From contig DF236968.1 in NCBI GenBank assembly GCA_000708835.1, positions 332,672 through 396,671 on the forward strand: a stretch of DNA of 64,000 bases, written 5' to 3'. The notes beneath the pieces were generated by a model that worked only from the letters and a program-made list of their open reading frames with translations, made no database searches and was not told where the DNA came from. The position numbers and the translations under genes were made by a program. Below, in pieces: positions 13,213 through 26,600 of the stretch. The stretch comes from Klebsormidium nitens (Eukaryota; Plantae; Klebsormidiophyceae). The stretch's first letter is position 1, and the number at the start of each line of letters is the position of its first letter.

Positions 13213-15194
13213 TCAGCTGCCGGGGCGCAGCGGTAACTCTTCGTTTTCCAAAAGCCGAAGCTGTGTTACCTTCGAGTTCGCATAACTCAGGTAAGAGTTC
13301 CAAACAAGCCCCACGATGTTTGAATATAACACGCGCTCGGTCGGGGGCACCATGGTAAAGTTGAACATGTTGGCAACCGGCCAGAACACACACCTGCACA
13401 GGTCGGAAAACGGAAAGCGTAAGCTGCAGGCGACAGACACAAACATGAAGATGGATCCAAGACCAGACTATTGCAAACTGGCGGAAGCAGGGGAGCGATC
13501 GATTTGGGGGGCTAAAGAAGCTGTCGTCACCGTAGTTGGGTTGCTTCTGCTTTGAACGCAAAACCACCCGCATCTCTCAGCCGTCATGATGCAATACGAT
13601 TGTCGAAGCAACAGCCGCTTTCAAGCTCAGGGAGTGTTCCGTCAGCAAATCAGCATGAGAAGAAGGAGATTACAAGCCCTGTCAGCGGCAGACTTTCTAG
13701 TAGATGGATCGAAAGCAGATTCGGGCCAATATCTGCCACAGAAAGCACACTCGAATAGGCCCAAGTCCACAACAAGTCCGGAGTCAGTCCTAAATCTGTT
13801 ACCGAAGGACTTGAGACGATAAGAGCCTCGGCTCACCCGCTGGTGTATGTTGGCAGAAACCCCTGCTCCAGCTTCACCTTGCACTCCTGCCACGTCTTAC
13901 CCTCCAACTTCCCCATGTAAGTAAAGAAAGCACCGAGATACACTGGAAAGACGACCGCCTGTCATGCAACGAGAGAGCTTAACTCAGTCACGGATGAAAG
14001 AGCATCAAACAGGCGTACTTGCCTAGAATAGAGGAGACACTCGAGCCAATGAAGGACAGTGAAAAGGTCCTCCTTTGTAAAAACGTCAAGAGCCTTCGAG
14101 TTGATTGGTTGAACGTTCCAGTACTTGAGCGAGCACCTTGCTTCTCAACCTCGAACAAGCCTTGCTTGACCATCATCGGAAGATTAAATGATGACTAAGA
14201 CTGGACTAATACTGCGGTTACTGAAGAAAGGACGTCTCTCGATTGACACTGGTCATTAAGTGGTGGCTTGATAAAGTTTGGTGCGACGCTGAGTAGCATG
14301 AAGGTTACACTTCTTTGGAAGGCTTTTACAGACCTCCCAGACCTCCCAGACCGTGTCCCCCCTCTTTGCCTTTGTCTGCCCCTAAAGTATGTCGCTTTTA
14401 TGTCCTTGGTGATGAGATTGCATTCAGATCCACATCATGAGGTCTGTCACTGAGGGGGCTTGCAATTGTGTCCATTTCAAGAAGACCAAGATGACAGGAA
14501 TGACATCAACGGTGGCAGCCAACCAAGCAGCGAGTGGTACACTGAGGGGAAATGCAAAAGATTGCCCCATGACTGCCCAAACAGTGGCAGCGGCTTCAAC
14601 AAACAAACACCGTATTTCTAAATTGGAAAGGAGCCCCTAAGCAGGCTGATCGCACCCCTGAACCAATTCGCAATCGTCAAAGATGCCCTTGCACAGATCG
14701 GCAAGAAACGTGAATGGCCGAAGGCAGCTGTTCACCTGGCCCAGTGCCGTCTTGGCGACTGCAATTTGCAACGACTTGGACGGTCCGAAGGTGGCATCAA
14801 GCCACCTGAAACCATGAAGAAAGTAAGGGCCATGTAATGTCAGGCCAACGAAAGCAAACCGCAGCGTGCGCTGGAAGTCAAGATCCTGTACAAAGGAAAG
14901 CCACAGCTGCTCCACTGAATTGCTGTTTGGTTGAGGATCTGTGTCTGTCTGCGCCTGTAAGTGGTCTCTTGAGAATCCTGATCCTCTCCTTAGCTCAGAA
15001 TCTGAAGATGGAGGAGAACTGCTTGCTTCCGTGGTCAGAACTTTTGGTTTTTGAGAAGTCTTCTGCATGGTTTGGCAGATGACGTCCCCAACGCCCATGA
15101 TAACTCCGGAAGTAGCGCCCGCCCGCAGCTCCGGCCGACGGGCCAGACTACGGAGGCTGCCTATGAGGCGCTGGAGCGGGGCAGCATGGCTCAT
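13213..15194 (-). CDS. Mpv17/PMP22 family membrane protein
   Basis: Exons 14736-15194, 13837-13958 and 13213-13393. Motifs GVGDVICQ, DFQRTLRFAFVG...HGPY, KTALGQAVVFP, FWPVANMFNF.MVP and WNSYLSY. The exact C-terminus is less certain. Confidence 0.9.
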
Positions 15195-15347
15195 TGCGGA
15201 CTCAGACAAGCTTCGTGGTATGCGAATCGAACGCTGTGGTGGTCACTTGCTGCCACGGAATGTCGCATATTAACGCCCCCAAATGTCAATGCCTGTGAGG
15301 TGAGAGGGCGGGATTCCGAAAAGCTCAAGCAGCTGCACCCTATGATA

Positions 15348-15654
15348 GGGCGGTCACATATGAGTTCTCGGGGAAGTGGCGAGTGTTCCCTGAGGGAGCG
15401 CATGCTCCCCGAGAATTTGCTTTGGTCATATATTCCCCAGGGACCCGTCGCGCGAAAAGTTAAAATTTCCCGAATTATACGGCGAGGCAGACTCTCCAAG
15501 GAGTGACCGCCGACCGTCCCTTAGTATTTTTACCGGCGTCCCTGAGGGACGTACCGTCCCCCAGAATATCGAGTCGAAATTCTGGGGGACGAAATCATCG
15601 GTTTTCGGTCCCTGAGGGACGGTGCACCCCGAAAATGTTCATATGTGACTGCCC
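15348..15654. mobile_element. MITE-like non-autonomous DNA transposon (~307 bp, ~25-30 bp imperfect TIRs, flanking TA)
   Basis: Left end TA|GGGCGGTCACATATGAG..TCGGGG is the near reverse complement of right end CCCCGAAAATGTTCATATGTGACTGCCC|TA. Internal repeated palindromes (G)TCCCTGAGGGA(C) and a 13-bp hairpin CGTCCCCCAGAAT..ATTCTGGGGGACG. No transposase ORF. Confidence 0.7.
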
Positions 15655-16815
15655 TATTATGAGAAACATGCACTTGAGTTTTTAGGGTTTGCAAACGCAG
15701 TTAGTTTGAGTGGGTTTGGCCAGCCGTAAGTACTAAGAACAGAGGAAAGCTGGCGTTTCGGCTGCAGTTGGCCCCACAATCTGGGTCTAAACCCTTGAGG
15801 CTTGAGAAAAAGAGGAGAGCTTGGCAATCATCAGCCGCAATGCAATTTTGTCGTGACCAGTTCCCCTTGAAGTTGCAACTTCAAGCAGCTCTGTATTGTC
15901 GAGAAAAGAGATCCGTCTCCTCCTGAGCAGCAGCAGAGTGAAGAAGTCTTGCGGATTAGGTGCGGATTGATGCGGGGAAGGTCCAGGAAGGGTGCTACCG
16001 CCGCCCTGGTTGCTGTTGTCCTTTTAATCGGACAGGTGAGCTGCATAGGAGTGTTGCGTGGTCAGCTTGGGATTGCCGTCTCATGGCGCATCAACTTGGA
16101 ACAATGCTAGCGCGCCAATCAGCTTCATGATGCCGCCCCATGATTCAGGAAAGGGGCTTTGAATTTCATATTTGATTGATAGTTGTACGACGCTAGCAGC
16201 GAACAAGCTGTAGCCAAGCTTCTGCACTCCGCTTTGGCAATGCTTGCGGTAATGGTCTGTCAGCCACATTCATCGGGTATTTTCTGCACAATCTCTCCAA
16301 AAATTGCTCTTTGAAGCCACGCATATGATGCTTTCAATGTGTCGGTACTGTCTGTATCTACGAGCTTGGGCCGAGATTGCGGACATGTTGCACCTAACAA
16401 CTGGACTGGTGATGTTTTTGCAGGTCGACTTCTTGCAAACAGCTGAAACTGAGCTGTCATTGAGAGTCTGGTCAAATATAGGCTCGTTGTGGACTTTGAA
16501 GCGGCGCCAACAATTGTTCTGAGAAGACCATCCGCTTTTTCAATCCGGAGGCGCTAGTTAGCTTTACCAAGGGGTTTTGAAAGCAGAAGGCTTCTTCAAT
16601 CAGATGTAGTTCGCTGGTCCTGCGCAACGCCGGAAAACTAAGATAGATTGTTGGAAGTCGGCATCTTGTCGGCAGTGTTCCTTAGTATTGTTCGTTTCTA
16701 TTCCTAGAAGTGGTACACTAGTGCACCTTACCCCTAGTCATTCAGGGTTTTGGGTGGATAAGAACCAAAGCACTCGCCTAGGAAGGACCGCCGGAGCTTG
16801 GCTCAAGACGCAGCA

Positions 16816-18531
16816 ATGATTGCTCTCCGGCAGGCCTCTTCTCGGGGCCTTTTCACACCGCAATTGTGGCGTCCTGCATGGGCGTCAGTGGTGAACCCCG
16901 ACGCAGCGGCCGCCTTGGTTGCACCTGACCCTGCAGCTTCCGAAACCCCCTCACAGTCAACAGAAACCCCGGCCGCTGCGCCTGTCCTCGACTCTCTGCA
17001 AAGCAAACCCTCCCGACCACTGCCCTCCCGACACATGGCCTCCTTCCTTAGCTCGTCCTTCTCAGCCCCCCACCATAGGTCGGTAGCGCACTTCCACTGT
17101 ACAGCGTACGCTCGAGCAGAGGCCGCCGAGCAGCGGACGCCGCCGAGCGAACGGGTAGAGCGCATCGCGAACGACATTGTGCAGTTGAACCTTTTAGAGG
17201 TGGCGGACCTCTCGGAGCTGCTTCGGGCCAAGCTAAAGATTACGGAGATGCCGATGGCTGCGGGCATGATGGGGGGCGGAGGGGGTGCAGCGGGGCCCTC
17301 GGGGGGCGCCGCCGCGGCGGCACCGGAGGAAGCAAAGGAGGAGAAGTCGGTGTTTGATGTGAAACTGGAGAAGTTTGACGCGCCGAACAAGATCAAGATT
17401 ATCAAGGAGGTGGGTGATGGAAGCTTCTCTTAAAAACCATCAAAATGAGTTTTGGAACTTGCAGTCATGTTGGCTGATTAGCTGGATGCTTCGTCTGTTC
17501 GAATTGGTGGGGTAATCTCTGATAGGCACAGTCCTGCTTCGGTCTTTGGATTCGGTCTGGGAAGCAGTCAGACTATTGTCGATGTATGGGCAATCGTAAT
17601 GTTGCAGAATCAACCTTGCCGATTTGGCAACAAGTTGAGGTCCCCTGCGCGCAGAATAATGCAATCAAAGACCTGCGCTCAGTGAATCTTCTAGGGCGCT
17701 GATTTGAACTTTCTTTTCCAGTTCGCAAGTCTTCAATTCTCTTAGCGACAGAAATGGTGGCCCCTCTGAGTATCCAGAGTGGACTGCTTGGAGCTTTTTC
17801 AAAGGATTGTGCTCATTTCAAAGAGGTGCCACTTTGTTGCAAGAGCCAGCATATGCGCACAAGTGTCCGTATATACTATTTGTGCGTCCTGATCTTCTAA
17901 CCCTGCCAATTGCGCATGGGCCCACCCTTCGTTTCACATCCTGGATCAGAATGGAGCTTTGCGCTGCTTGCACTAAGCTTCAAGCAGCAGGGAAATAGCT
18001 GTTGCCTCGGATGCTGGGAAGGGCTTTGTCCACCACTTTGCCAAGTGCTCTGCTATCCATCTCTTTGGCCGTAACCTCTGAGTTGCTCTCTGTTGCTTGG
18101 ATCTGACTGGCATGCTCGAAAGCGTAAGCCCTGTCTCACCATGTAAGACTGTGCTAGCGTTGCCGGCTGCCCTGCAATGAAGGCAGTACTTCATGACCAT
18201 TTTTCTTGCATCAGTGGCTTCTTCACGTGCCCAGGCCACATCAGCATGCCACAAAGAGGCCGGAGTTTCAAGAATTGAGCCTTTCCAAGTCGACCAGAAT
18301 CTGAGCGGGACAGCTATGAGATCGTACGTTTCTCCCAGCTTTTCCTACTTTGTACCGATTTCTATCCGCATCTTTTGACAGGTACGGGGGATGACGAGCC
18401 TGGGGCTCAAGGAAGCGAAGGACCTGGTTGAGAAGGCGCCGGTCGTTATCAAGGCGGGTGTAAGTAAGGCGGAAGCAGAAGAGATCATCAAGAAGTTGCA
18501 AGCAGTTGGGGCCACGTCAAAGATGGAGTGA
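16816..18531 (+). CDS. rplL: Organellar (probably mitochondrial) ribosomal protein L7/L12
   Basis: Exons 16816-17409 and 18382-18531. Presequence-like N-terminus, [21 protein letters not shown], Gly/Ala hinge, and [43 protein letters not shown]. Confidence 0.95.
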
Positions 18532-19690
18532 TAGAGCCGTCAGTCGACCGCTGCCACATCTTAGACGCCCAAATCATCTTCAGTCGTCAGTCAATTTACA
18601 AGAGGGGATCCATTGAGCTCCAATTTATATCTGCAAGAAGATGCTTGCAAGCCGGAACCAATACCTGGTACATTAAAGCGCTCCTTCTATGCTGCGAGCT
18701 TGTCACGGGGCAGGTACGGCACTCAGTTATATGATACTTCAAACCAATGCTTTGCGCTGACTTCAAAGGCCGTATTCTTGGGACATGTGCATACAGACAT
18801 CCATCACACTAATGAGTGCTACGTCGGAGCTAGCTATGGTTATATGTACTAAACGCGCTCGGACTGAGCTGAGCCTGGGCAGCTCAGGACAATCATCATG
18901 GTGTAGAGCTACGGTGGCGGCCGCCCATGCATGCGTTCGTAGCTGAGACGGACGGCTGAACATTGCTCATGTGACGCGCACATTTTGGCGCGTGTATATA
19001 TATGAATGCGTATTATTTCTGCAGTCCATGGCGCGATCATGCAGTACCGGCCAATCGTTCATGGTTCGATGTGGCCGTCGCCTTGATATAACTGATCGAT
19101 CTTGGACACATGTCACATATGCAGCTCAGAATCGAATTTTCAGAGCTGGACATGAAGGCGTCATGGAGGGCCCATGTGAATTGCATGAACTTGGTATCGT
19201 GCAATCAAGCACCTTGCACGCAAGCCGCCATAGTTCGTTAACTGGGGATACATCATCTTACATGCTTGCAAGCCAAAATTGATATACTCTGCAAGCCCGG
19301 CCCAACATGCCACATACGCTTTCCACTTCTGAACACAACGATGCTAAATCCTAGGAGAGCTCTCGTTTACGTGAATCCAAATGTACACAGCCTCAATCGT
19401 CATCGAAAAGACCAACTTGTTCAACGCTTGATCCGTGCAAGGTGGTGCTAAACTTTCTTTTTTACTCTTTGTACATTTGAGTTCCTTGGAGGTCAAGGGG
19501 CAGAGCGCAAGCTATGAACATCTATGTACAGATGGAATAGGTCAGAGGCTGTTCGGGGCCATGAGCACTTCCAGCAACTCAATTCTCCACGTTGGCTTCC
19601 AGGCATTTGCCATTCTAAAGAAGCACAGCAGTTTCTCCCTTGACCGAGATACTCGCGTTTCGGGTTTCCATACACAAAGAAAACCCCTCG

Positions 19691-22600
19691 TCAGTACGCA
19701 ATGTGTTTGCTGAGTCCCTTTCCATCGTGTTTCAGGCTTTCCGTCAACCAGTATCCGTCTCGCACTCCCCCAAAGCGCTGCACGATCGGATGCAGGGCCA
19801 GTCAGATCATCCCGGTAGTTCCCGAATATCACATTCAGACACGTTTGAAGCATTCTTTTAGAATTACTTCAGTGTGCCAACCCCATCCGTAGGTCCACAA
19901 GGTCCACTTTGGAAGCAAACAATGCGTGTCGTCCTACGTTCTTATTACCAGTGCTCCGCCTCTCCGTTCCTGACCTTACAAGCCCACGTGCACATGTAGC
20001 GCTCACTGGCAAATCGCCCTCAAAAGTATCTCGGATGACAATCATCCAAAAACTTACCAGGCCTTTGAATCAAATGCAGGAAGGCATTGGCCACCAGCTG
20101 AATGGCGGAAACGAGCTGATACCACATCAGGACTTCATCGAAACTGTGTCTCTGGATCACGAAGCAAGCGGTCAGATACGTCTTCAACCAGCTCTATCAT
20201 AAAAACACCACGCTCTCTGGAACAAGAAACTACCTACCTGTGAGAGGGTGAACTCGAAGACCTCTTCTTCGCCGGGTCGATGGCCTCGTATCCAAACTCG
20301 CTGCTTGAACTCATGCTGCAGATGCGAAGAAATCATTTCAAAAGATTTCGGGATGCTCTTCGAAGGTCACAGCAATGTCCAGACATGAAGAATTGCATGC
20401 CAACCTCCGCAATCAAAGCTTCAGCAACTGCGAGGTGGGAAACGGATTCGTAAAAGTCGACGAATCAACATGGACGACCCACTCTTATCTGGCTCTTCTT
20501 CGGATGACAAGGTTTGTCCGTGTGCTCGCCAGATTTTGACGGCTTTTGATTACAAAAAGGACTCGGTGGGCGGTGCAGACTCTACAACATGGGATCCCGA
20601 AGAATCGACTCAAGGGAGTTATGAGTAGCGTAACTCCTGAGCATACTTTCCGGGAAGGGGGACTTACTTCGGAGGGGTGGAAGCTGCTCAGGATCTTGGA
20701 GTCGGTGTGCCCCAGGAGCACGCGGTAAACTCTGTCGTGAAACAGTCGTCGGAATCTTTCGAACTGCAAAACGAGCAGTTATTGATGTGATACCAGCGGC
20801 TAAAAGCACCAAGGCGAAGAGTTGTAGAGAAGACTTGTTTGATGCAACGAAAAGCGAGCGAGTTTGACAACGTCAGCGTAAGCGAGCATGAAGCTTTAAT
20901 CTAGTAGGGCAAGAGTTGGAAGGGTTGGCGAGTACAGAATAGACAGAGCGGGCCTAAGTGAACAATCTAGACAAGCCGTTCCATGTACTCGTGCAGGGGG
21001 TTACAGCCAGCGCCTGGTGACGGAAGCTGCTTACCTGACCAAGGTCCTTGACGGTACCAAAATAGGTTGAGAACGTGAATGGATCGAACGCGGCAAACTG
21101 CAAAAGACAAAGCGAAAGTAGAAAAACGATCGTGAAATGCATTATGATTAGACAAAACGAACAGAGCATTATAGGTTTCACACAAGCGACATTTGAGAAA
21201 TTTATTTTGGAGATCAAGCCGTAGTAACCAGACCCTGAGTTGCTTTCCCTGCCTGCAAACCACATGTCCCCCCTATCCAATCATGAAAACAAACTCTTTT
21301 GTTGTTGAGGCGAGCAGGTATCGGGGCTCATTGACAAGTTGCGTGGTGACTGCCAAGTAACAAACAAGGGTTCACCTGAACCACTGCCAAATGTTCTGAA
21401 CCTCACACCTGAAGGCCACCCACAGAATCGAGTCTAAAGATGTTCCATGCATGATGTCCATGTTCTCTCCACTTTCTGTATGAGTATTCTGTCGACAACA
21501 ATGGAAATAACTGTATTTTTCGTGGTATTGAAGCGTTATGGTTAGGCAAACAAAATTGTTGAAGTGATGCTCACCCTGTACATGACCTCAATTCCGTGAT
21601 CTGGATACGGATGGTCGTTGTCCTTGAGCGCCTCTAGTTGGCGCAAGATTGCTTCTTCCGCTGTCAACTGTACCACCAAACGCCCAACAAAAACGCATCA
21701 GCTTGCTGTCGGCGTCTCTCTTTGACTGGCAAAGCAAGCGAAGCTCTCACTTGTGTCAACCTTCCAAAGTCGAAGTACTCAGGATTGCTGGGGTTAAGTA
21801 TTGTCTGGAGCCTAGGTGTCATGGAGTAATTGATAAAAGCAACGAGGATTCTTGTTGATGACGTTCGCCTAGTGACCGACTTACCTCAAAGGCCGGCCCA
21901 AGAGGTCTTTGACTCCGTTCTTTCAACCTGCAGACGGGGATGTTGCTTAGCAAAGCTTACAAACAACGGCACGCATCCTTTGATTCTAATAGGTGAGCAA
22001 TACAACATCTACAAAGGAAGGTGTGCGTATCAGCAAAAAAGCCTTACATTCCGTTTAAGTGACGGCGCTTTGGTTGTGGAGCGAACAGTCTAGATTAAGT
22101 TCTATGGTCAGGTCTGGAAGCTGAATTCACCTCGCAAGGACTTGCAAGGACAATGCAGGTTCTCAAAGTTGATTGCATCATTGTTTTGCCCGCCTCCTCA
22201 AGAAACAAGCAAGATACTCAGTTCACAAAGTCTAGGAGCCACGACCCTTGGCTGTCTCAGGAGAGACCGCAGGTGCAAGTGACGCGTCAAGTCTTGGACA
22301 AATCACCAACTTGCTCCGAGGAGAAGGCAAGAAAGGGAAGGATAAACGAGGAAGGAGAAAGAAGGTATGGGGGGATGACTGCAGCGTTCAAGTGCAACTT
22401 TTTAGGGCTTACAAGGACGTTGGAAGAAAGTCAGGGACCTCCATTGCCATCCTCGTAGAGGAGTATGGGCGCCAAACTCGTGCAGGGGCTGATCGGGAGA
22501 GCCTTTTTGGCCTCAGAAAGTGTTGGTACTCATTCTGAAGGAATGATTTGCACAGATTGCATACCGCCACTGGACCACGCATTCTTCCAGAACTTCTGGA

Positions 22601-22750
22601 AACCAGCCGAACAGTGTCTGAGCGTTGCTTTTGTGGGGGCCAGGGTTGCTTTTGAGCTGGTCTACTAGAGGCACTTGTATGCTTTTGACTTGAAGTGTGG
22701 AAGTTTGCTATGCCCGTCAAACCCCTGTTCGAGACTAGTGACTTTGACAT
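19691..22750 (-). CDS. Conserved uncharacterised green-lineage protein, probably plastid-targeted
   Basis: Seven exons (about 22413-22750, 21882-21926, 21575-21667, 21038-21100, 20671-20763, 20238-20315, 19691-19766) give a Ser/Arg-rich transit peptide followed by EVPDFLP...RPLGP...AEEAILRQLEALKDNDHPYPDHGIEVMYRFAAFDPF...DLGQFERFRRLFH..YRVLLGH...FKQRVWI...EEEVFEFT..QRFGG..DGYWLTESL. I recognise this from land-plant unknown proteins. Confidence 0.8.
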
Positions 22751-22886
22751 ACTTGCCACAGAAACTTCCGGTCTGAAGTTACTCAGTCCTTTGAGACGAA
22801 CACCGACAAAACACCTTAAGTTCCAGTACTCTTCAAACAACAGCCAGCTTATCGGTTGGTGCTTTGGATTTCTTCCGTCAATCGTT

Positions 22887-23051
22887 TCATTCCTTGATTA
22901 GTCCCTCAGCCTCCAGCTCAACTGTCCTGCTCTCATCGTCCTCAACCTTAGACTTGCGCAGAGACTGCACAAATGATTTGAAGGCCAGAAAAGCGGAGGA
23001 TCCAACCGAAACGGAAAGTAGAGCCACAGCTAGCGGCAGAAGGAATGTCAT
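22887..23051 (-). CDS. Candidate 54-aa small membrane protein / uORF (OEP7-like architecture)
   Basis: MTFLLPLAVALLSVSVGSSAFLAFKSFVQSLRKSKVEDDESRTVELEAEGLIKE*: hydrophobic anchor, basic patch, acidic tail. It follows a good acceptor (ttttcttgcag). Not proven to be translated. Confidence 0.3.
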   Translation of the reverse strand: MTFLLPLAVALLSVSVGSSAFLAFKSFVQSLRKSKVEDDESRTVELEAEGLIKE

Positions 23052-23677
23052 GTCGAAGCGCGACTGCAAGAAAACGCCTTCCAGTGCCACATCGCCTCCA
23101 CAGCTTCCACTGCCAGAACTTCCAGTTCCTGCTCCAGTTCCAATGTGCCCCTGCTCAACGTATATCCTTCTGCCACATTTCTGTGAATTTCAGATTCTGC
23201 TCTGCTCAACATGAATTCAAACTTGACACCAACCATTGGGTTTTGACCGGCGGTCACGTACCGAGCGCTAGCAGGGAGACGGAACTGCATGTTCGGTCAC
23301 CGGCCAGTCCAGAAGATTATAGGAGGAGGTAGCCTCCGGAGGAAAGCCCCGGGTACTCGGCTGTACTGCCACTGGGCTGACGTGTGGGTCATGCGGAAAC
23401 AAATTTTCAGAAAATACATTGCTGGACTCTGCCTGAGCTGAGGTGGAGCCAGGTGGAGCATGCACATTCTGCACATTGCAGCTAGGGCAGCTGGCAAGTT
23501 GCATCATGGTGCAGGGAAAGTCTGCCAGCTAGAGCAATCCGTCTGGTGGTGGTGGGAGATGGTGGTGCTGTGCTGAACAACAAGAATGCGGTGAAAACCC
23601 ATGAAGAAATGATTTGAGGCTGGGGAATCACTTGGTTGCTGAGCACCTTTGATGTAATTGGGGCAGAGAGGTTCAGG

Positions 23678-26600
23678 ATGGCAAAGACGTGGCCGGCCAA
23701 TCTCTTCTCGACTTGGGACGCCCTTCTTGTTCTGGCTGTTCTTGTTCATGTAGTACTTGCCCCATTCACCAAGGTTGAAGAAAGTTTCAATGTTCAGGTA
23801 AGATTTCATTGCTGTCTTGTTGATGACTTTCGCTTCTCTCATAAGAGGTGACTTCCCTTTTATTCGACTGTGATTTGAAGGGACACGTTCAGTAGCCAAA
23901 CAACTTTTTGAGGGCACGCGACGAAATGTAATGCACCTGGAGCACGCTGGCAAAAGTGTAGGCAATGCTGCAGCACGACTCCATTTGCACGCATACTTTC
24001 TGAAGATATCCTACAACTTTTCAAAGGACTCATTTCACCTTATAATGGAAGAGCTCATAGCTGAGACTTTTCAGGGCCCGAACTTCAGAATTCATTCGCA
24101 AGTCTTGAATAAAGCCCATACTCACTGCAGGCAACCCATGATCTTCTATACCACCGGGGGAACTTGACTGAGGTTAGTCCCTTACTTTCGAACTGGACGA
24201 ATGGTTCGGCTTTGGGTTGTACTGATGCAGCCAGTTTAGCAAGTTCATGAAAGCCCTTCAACATGTAGATTGAGAAGGAAAGAGTAAACGAGCAAAGCAT
24301 ACTCATTCTTATGAAACTGGTCTGTCCACAAGCATCAGAACTCATAAGTGCCGCAAGAGCTTTCATGATCACTGACAGTACCATCGCTCTCGCTTGATCT
24401 GCAGTATGACCATCAAGAGTTCCCTGGTGTCGTGCCCCGCACTTTCCTTGGGGCAATCAGCTTGGCCGCTACCTCCTTCCCACTTGTGGCGTGGCTACAA
24501 ACGATCAATCTGCCCAAAGTTGGGGCACTCTATGTAGGTGCGCCTCATCTGATGCATGAACAGCAAGAAAAGTTTCTATGCTTTGGTGGGCTTGTATGTA
24601 TCTCGCAAAAGTTGGTTCAAGTTGTTTCAAGTATTCAGGAGTCAATTTGCATCCTCTTCCCAAGGGTGCTGTACGCTGTCAAGCTAGTGAAGAGTTTTGT
24701 GTTGTTTGTTGCAGGCTGGACACTATAGTCTCTCTTTGTACCCATGGCAAGGTCGATGTCCACCAGAAGTAATTGGAATGTATCAGTTTGCAAACAACCT
24801 TGTCAACAAAGGAGAACGTTATAGTGTGGTCTCACTAGAGGCAAGACATGATGGGCCAAACGAGGAGCCTAAAATCGGTTTTCTGAATGGAGGGAATCGC
24901 TGCCGGGGTCTCGTACCAAAATTTTCGAACCTTTGTCCTGCAGTACGAATCGTCCTTGGACTCGCCACCGCAAGCTCACTCATCGCTCTCAACCGCCAGG
25001 TACATGTCCAGGTCATGCTTCTTTCGTGAACCGAGTTGTCCTCTGCAGCAACTTTTGAGCTCCTCCGCTGAGAGGACTTCAAGTTTGGCACCTTAGAATT
25101 GCGCAACGCGTTCGAGAATCTTGGGAGGGGCCACCGTAGTTCCCACAAACGTTTCAGAATACAGGAGAAGAAGCATATACTGTCCCCAAGTCCCACTCTT
25201 CATCTCAATCGTCATCCGTACAATTGTTGCTGCCATTGCTCTGCCAACCAGAGTTCCACACGATCCCGATCATGGAGCAGTCTACTGCTTCTACGCAGTG
25301 GGCCTCTCGAAGACCACCTTTTCGTGCATGAAATGAAAGGCTCACCTTTGCCCTCTGCGTGTGCAGATCAGGTCAAGATTCGGTCCAAACGTTGGCAGGG
25401 CGTTCGCCCTCGTTTGCTGCTCGCAGTTCCACCTTCTCTTTTACGCCAGCAGACCGCTACCCAACATATTTGCGCTCGGGCTAGGTGAGAAAGAACGTCC
25501 GCAATACTTCTCCATATTGTTCCACCAAGAGCTTCGCTCCGGAGATTTTGGACTGAAAGGCTGATATTTTCGTGATGGCGACTTCTTGAAGAGCGAGTGC
25601 TTCCCACGGTCAGTGACCTGAAAACGAAGGCGGAGTAAGAACTTACAGTGAGACGGATCCAAGGAGACTGAAAAAGATCGACCAGGAAGAGGTTCTCCGC
25701 TTTCTGCCTTCAATCCCCTTCAAGTGCCTAGTGATCGATTGTAAGTCGGACAACGTTTTGAGCGAAGTGAACACGCATTTCTTTGCAGTGAGCTACGCAT
25801 ACGCAAGATGGTTGGAGGGGAGACCAGTGGCGATGCTTCGGTTCGTGGTAAGGCTGCTGGGTGTCTGACCTTAAAGCCTAGCCCGTTGATTGAGCTGATT
25901 GCGCATGGCTGATTGAACGACTGCCGTCCTTCTCTCGGGCCCCTTAAAACGCAGCTTTAACATGTTGTCTTCGACGGAGTGTTGACACTGTCTGGAAATG
26001 CATGGAATGACGTGTATCGTCGAAAACCACAAAGTTTGCACCTAATGCATCGCAGACTGGCGCTGCCACGTATTGAACCTGTGTTTTAAGGGGCCCGGGT
26101 CTGCGAGGTAGTGAACGAAGATGCGGTTCGTTCCTCGTCTGCTTGCCCAGGAATGAAGAATCTCGACCTTAGTAAGATCGTCTATCAGACGTTTTTGGAC
26201 TTTGTCAATACTAAGATTTCTTGGAACGCGGACGGTCTCTTTGAGAGACTCTGCTTTCGCCCGCCCGTGAACTGACCCCTCTTTCTTCAGGTCTTTGCTA
26301 TGGGCGTGTTCCGGTGCGATCTGGTTATACTACTTGGGCCGCTTGGGCTTCACCTACTCTTGGTAAGTCAAGATTTCTGTACATTTCCATAATTTCGTCT
26401 GCACGTTCTTGTGCAGATGTAGCCTCTTGAAAAAAGCCTGTCCGAACAGCTCTGTCGTGCTTGCACCGTGCTCGATCTGAAGAAGCAGTTCGTTCTGCTC
26501 GGGTGTTTTCAGAATCCCAGATTGCTTTCGGTATTTCGGGAATCTAGATCGTTGTTTATGACAACCAGGTGGATCTCCGTTCGTCCAGTCATGTATCCGT

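Noticed and set aside
8935-15690. Telomere-like TTTAGGG/telo-box words (8935-8951, ~15680, also ~47857 and ~55247)
   Set aside because: Only one or two units each, scattered in introns and spacers. Too short to call an interstitial telomere or a regulatory site.
16803-17405. 200-aa minus-strand ORF
   Set aside because: It is the antisense shadow of the GC-rich L12 exon 1 and has no independent features.
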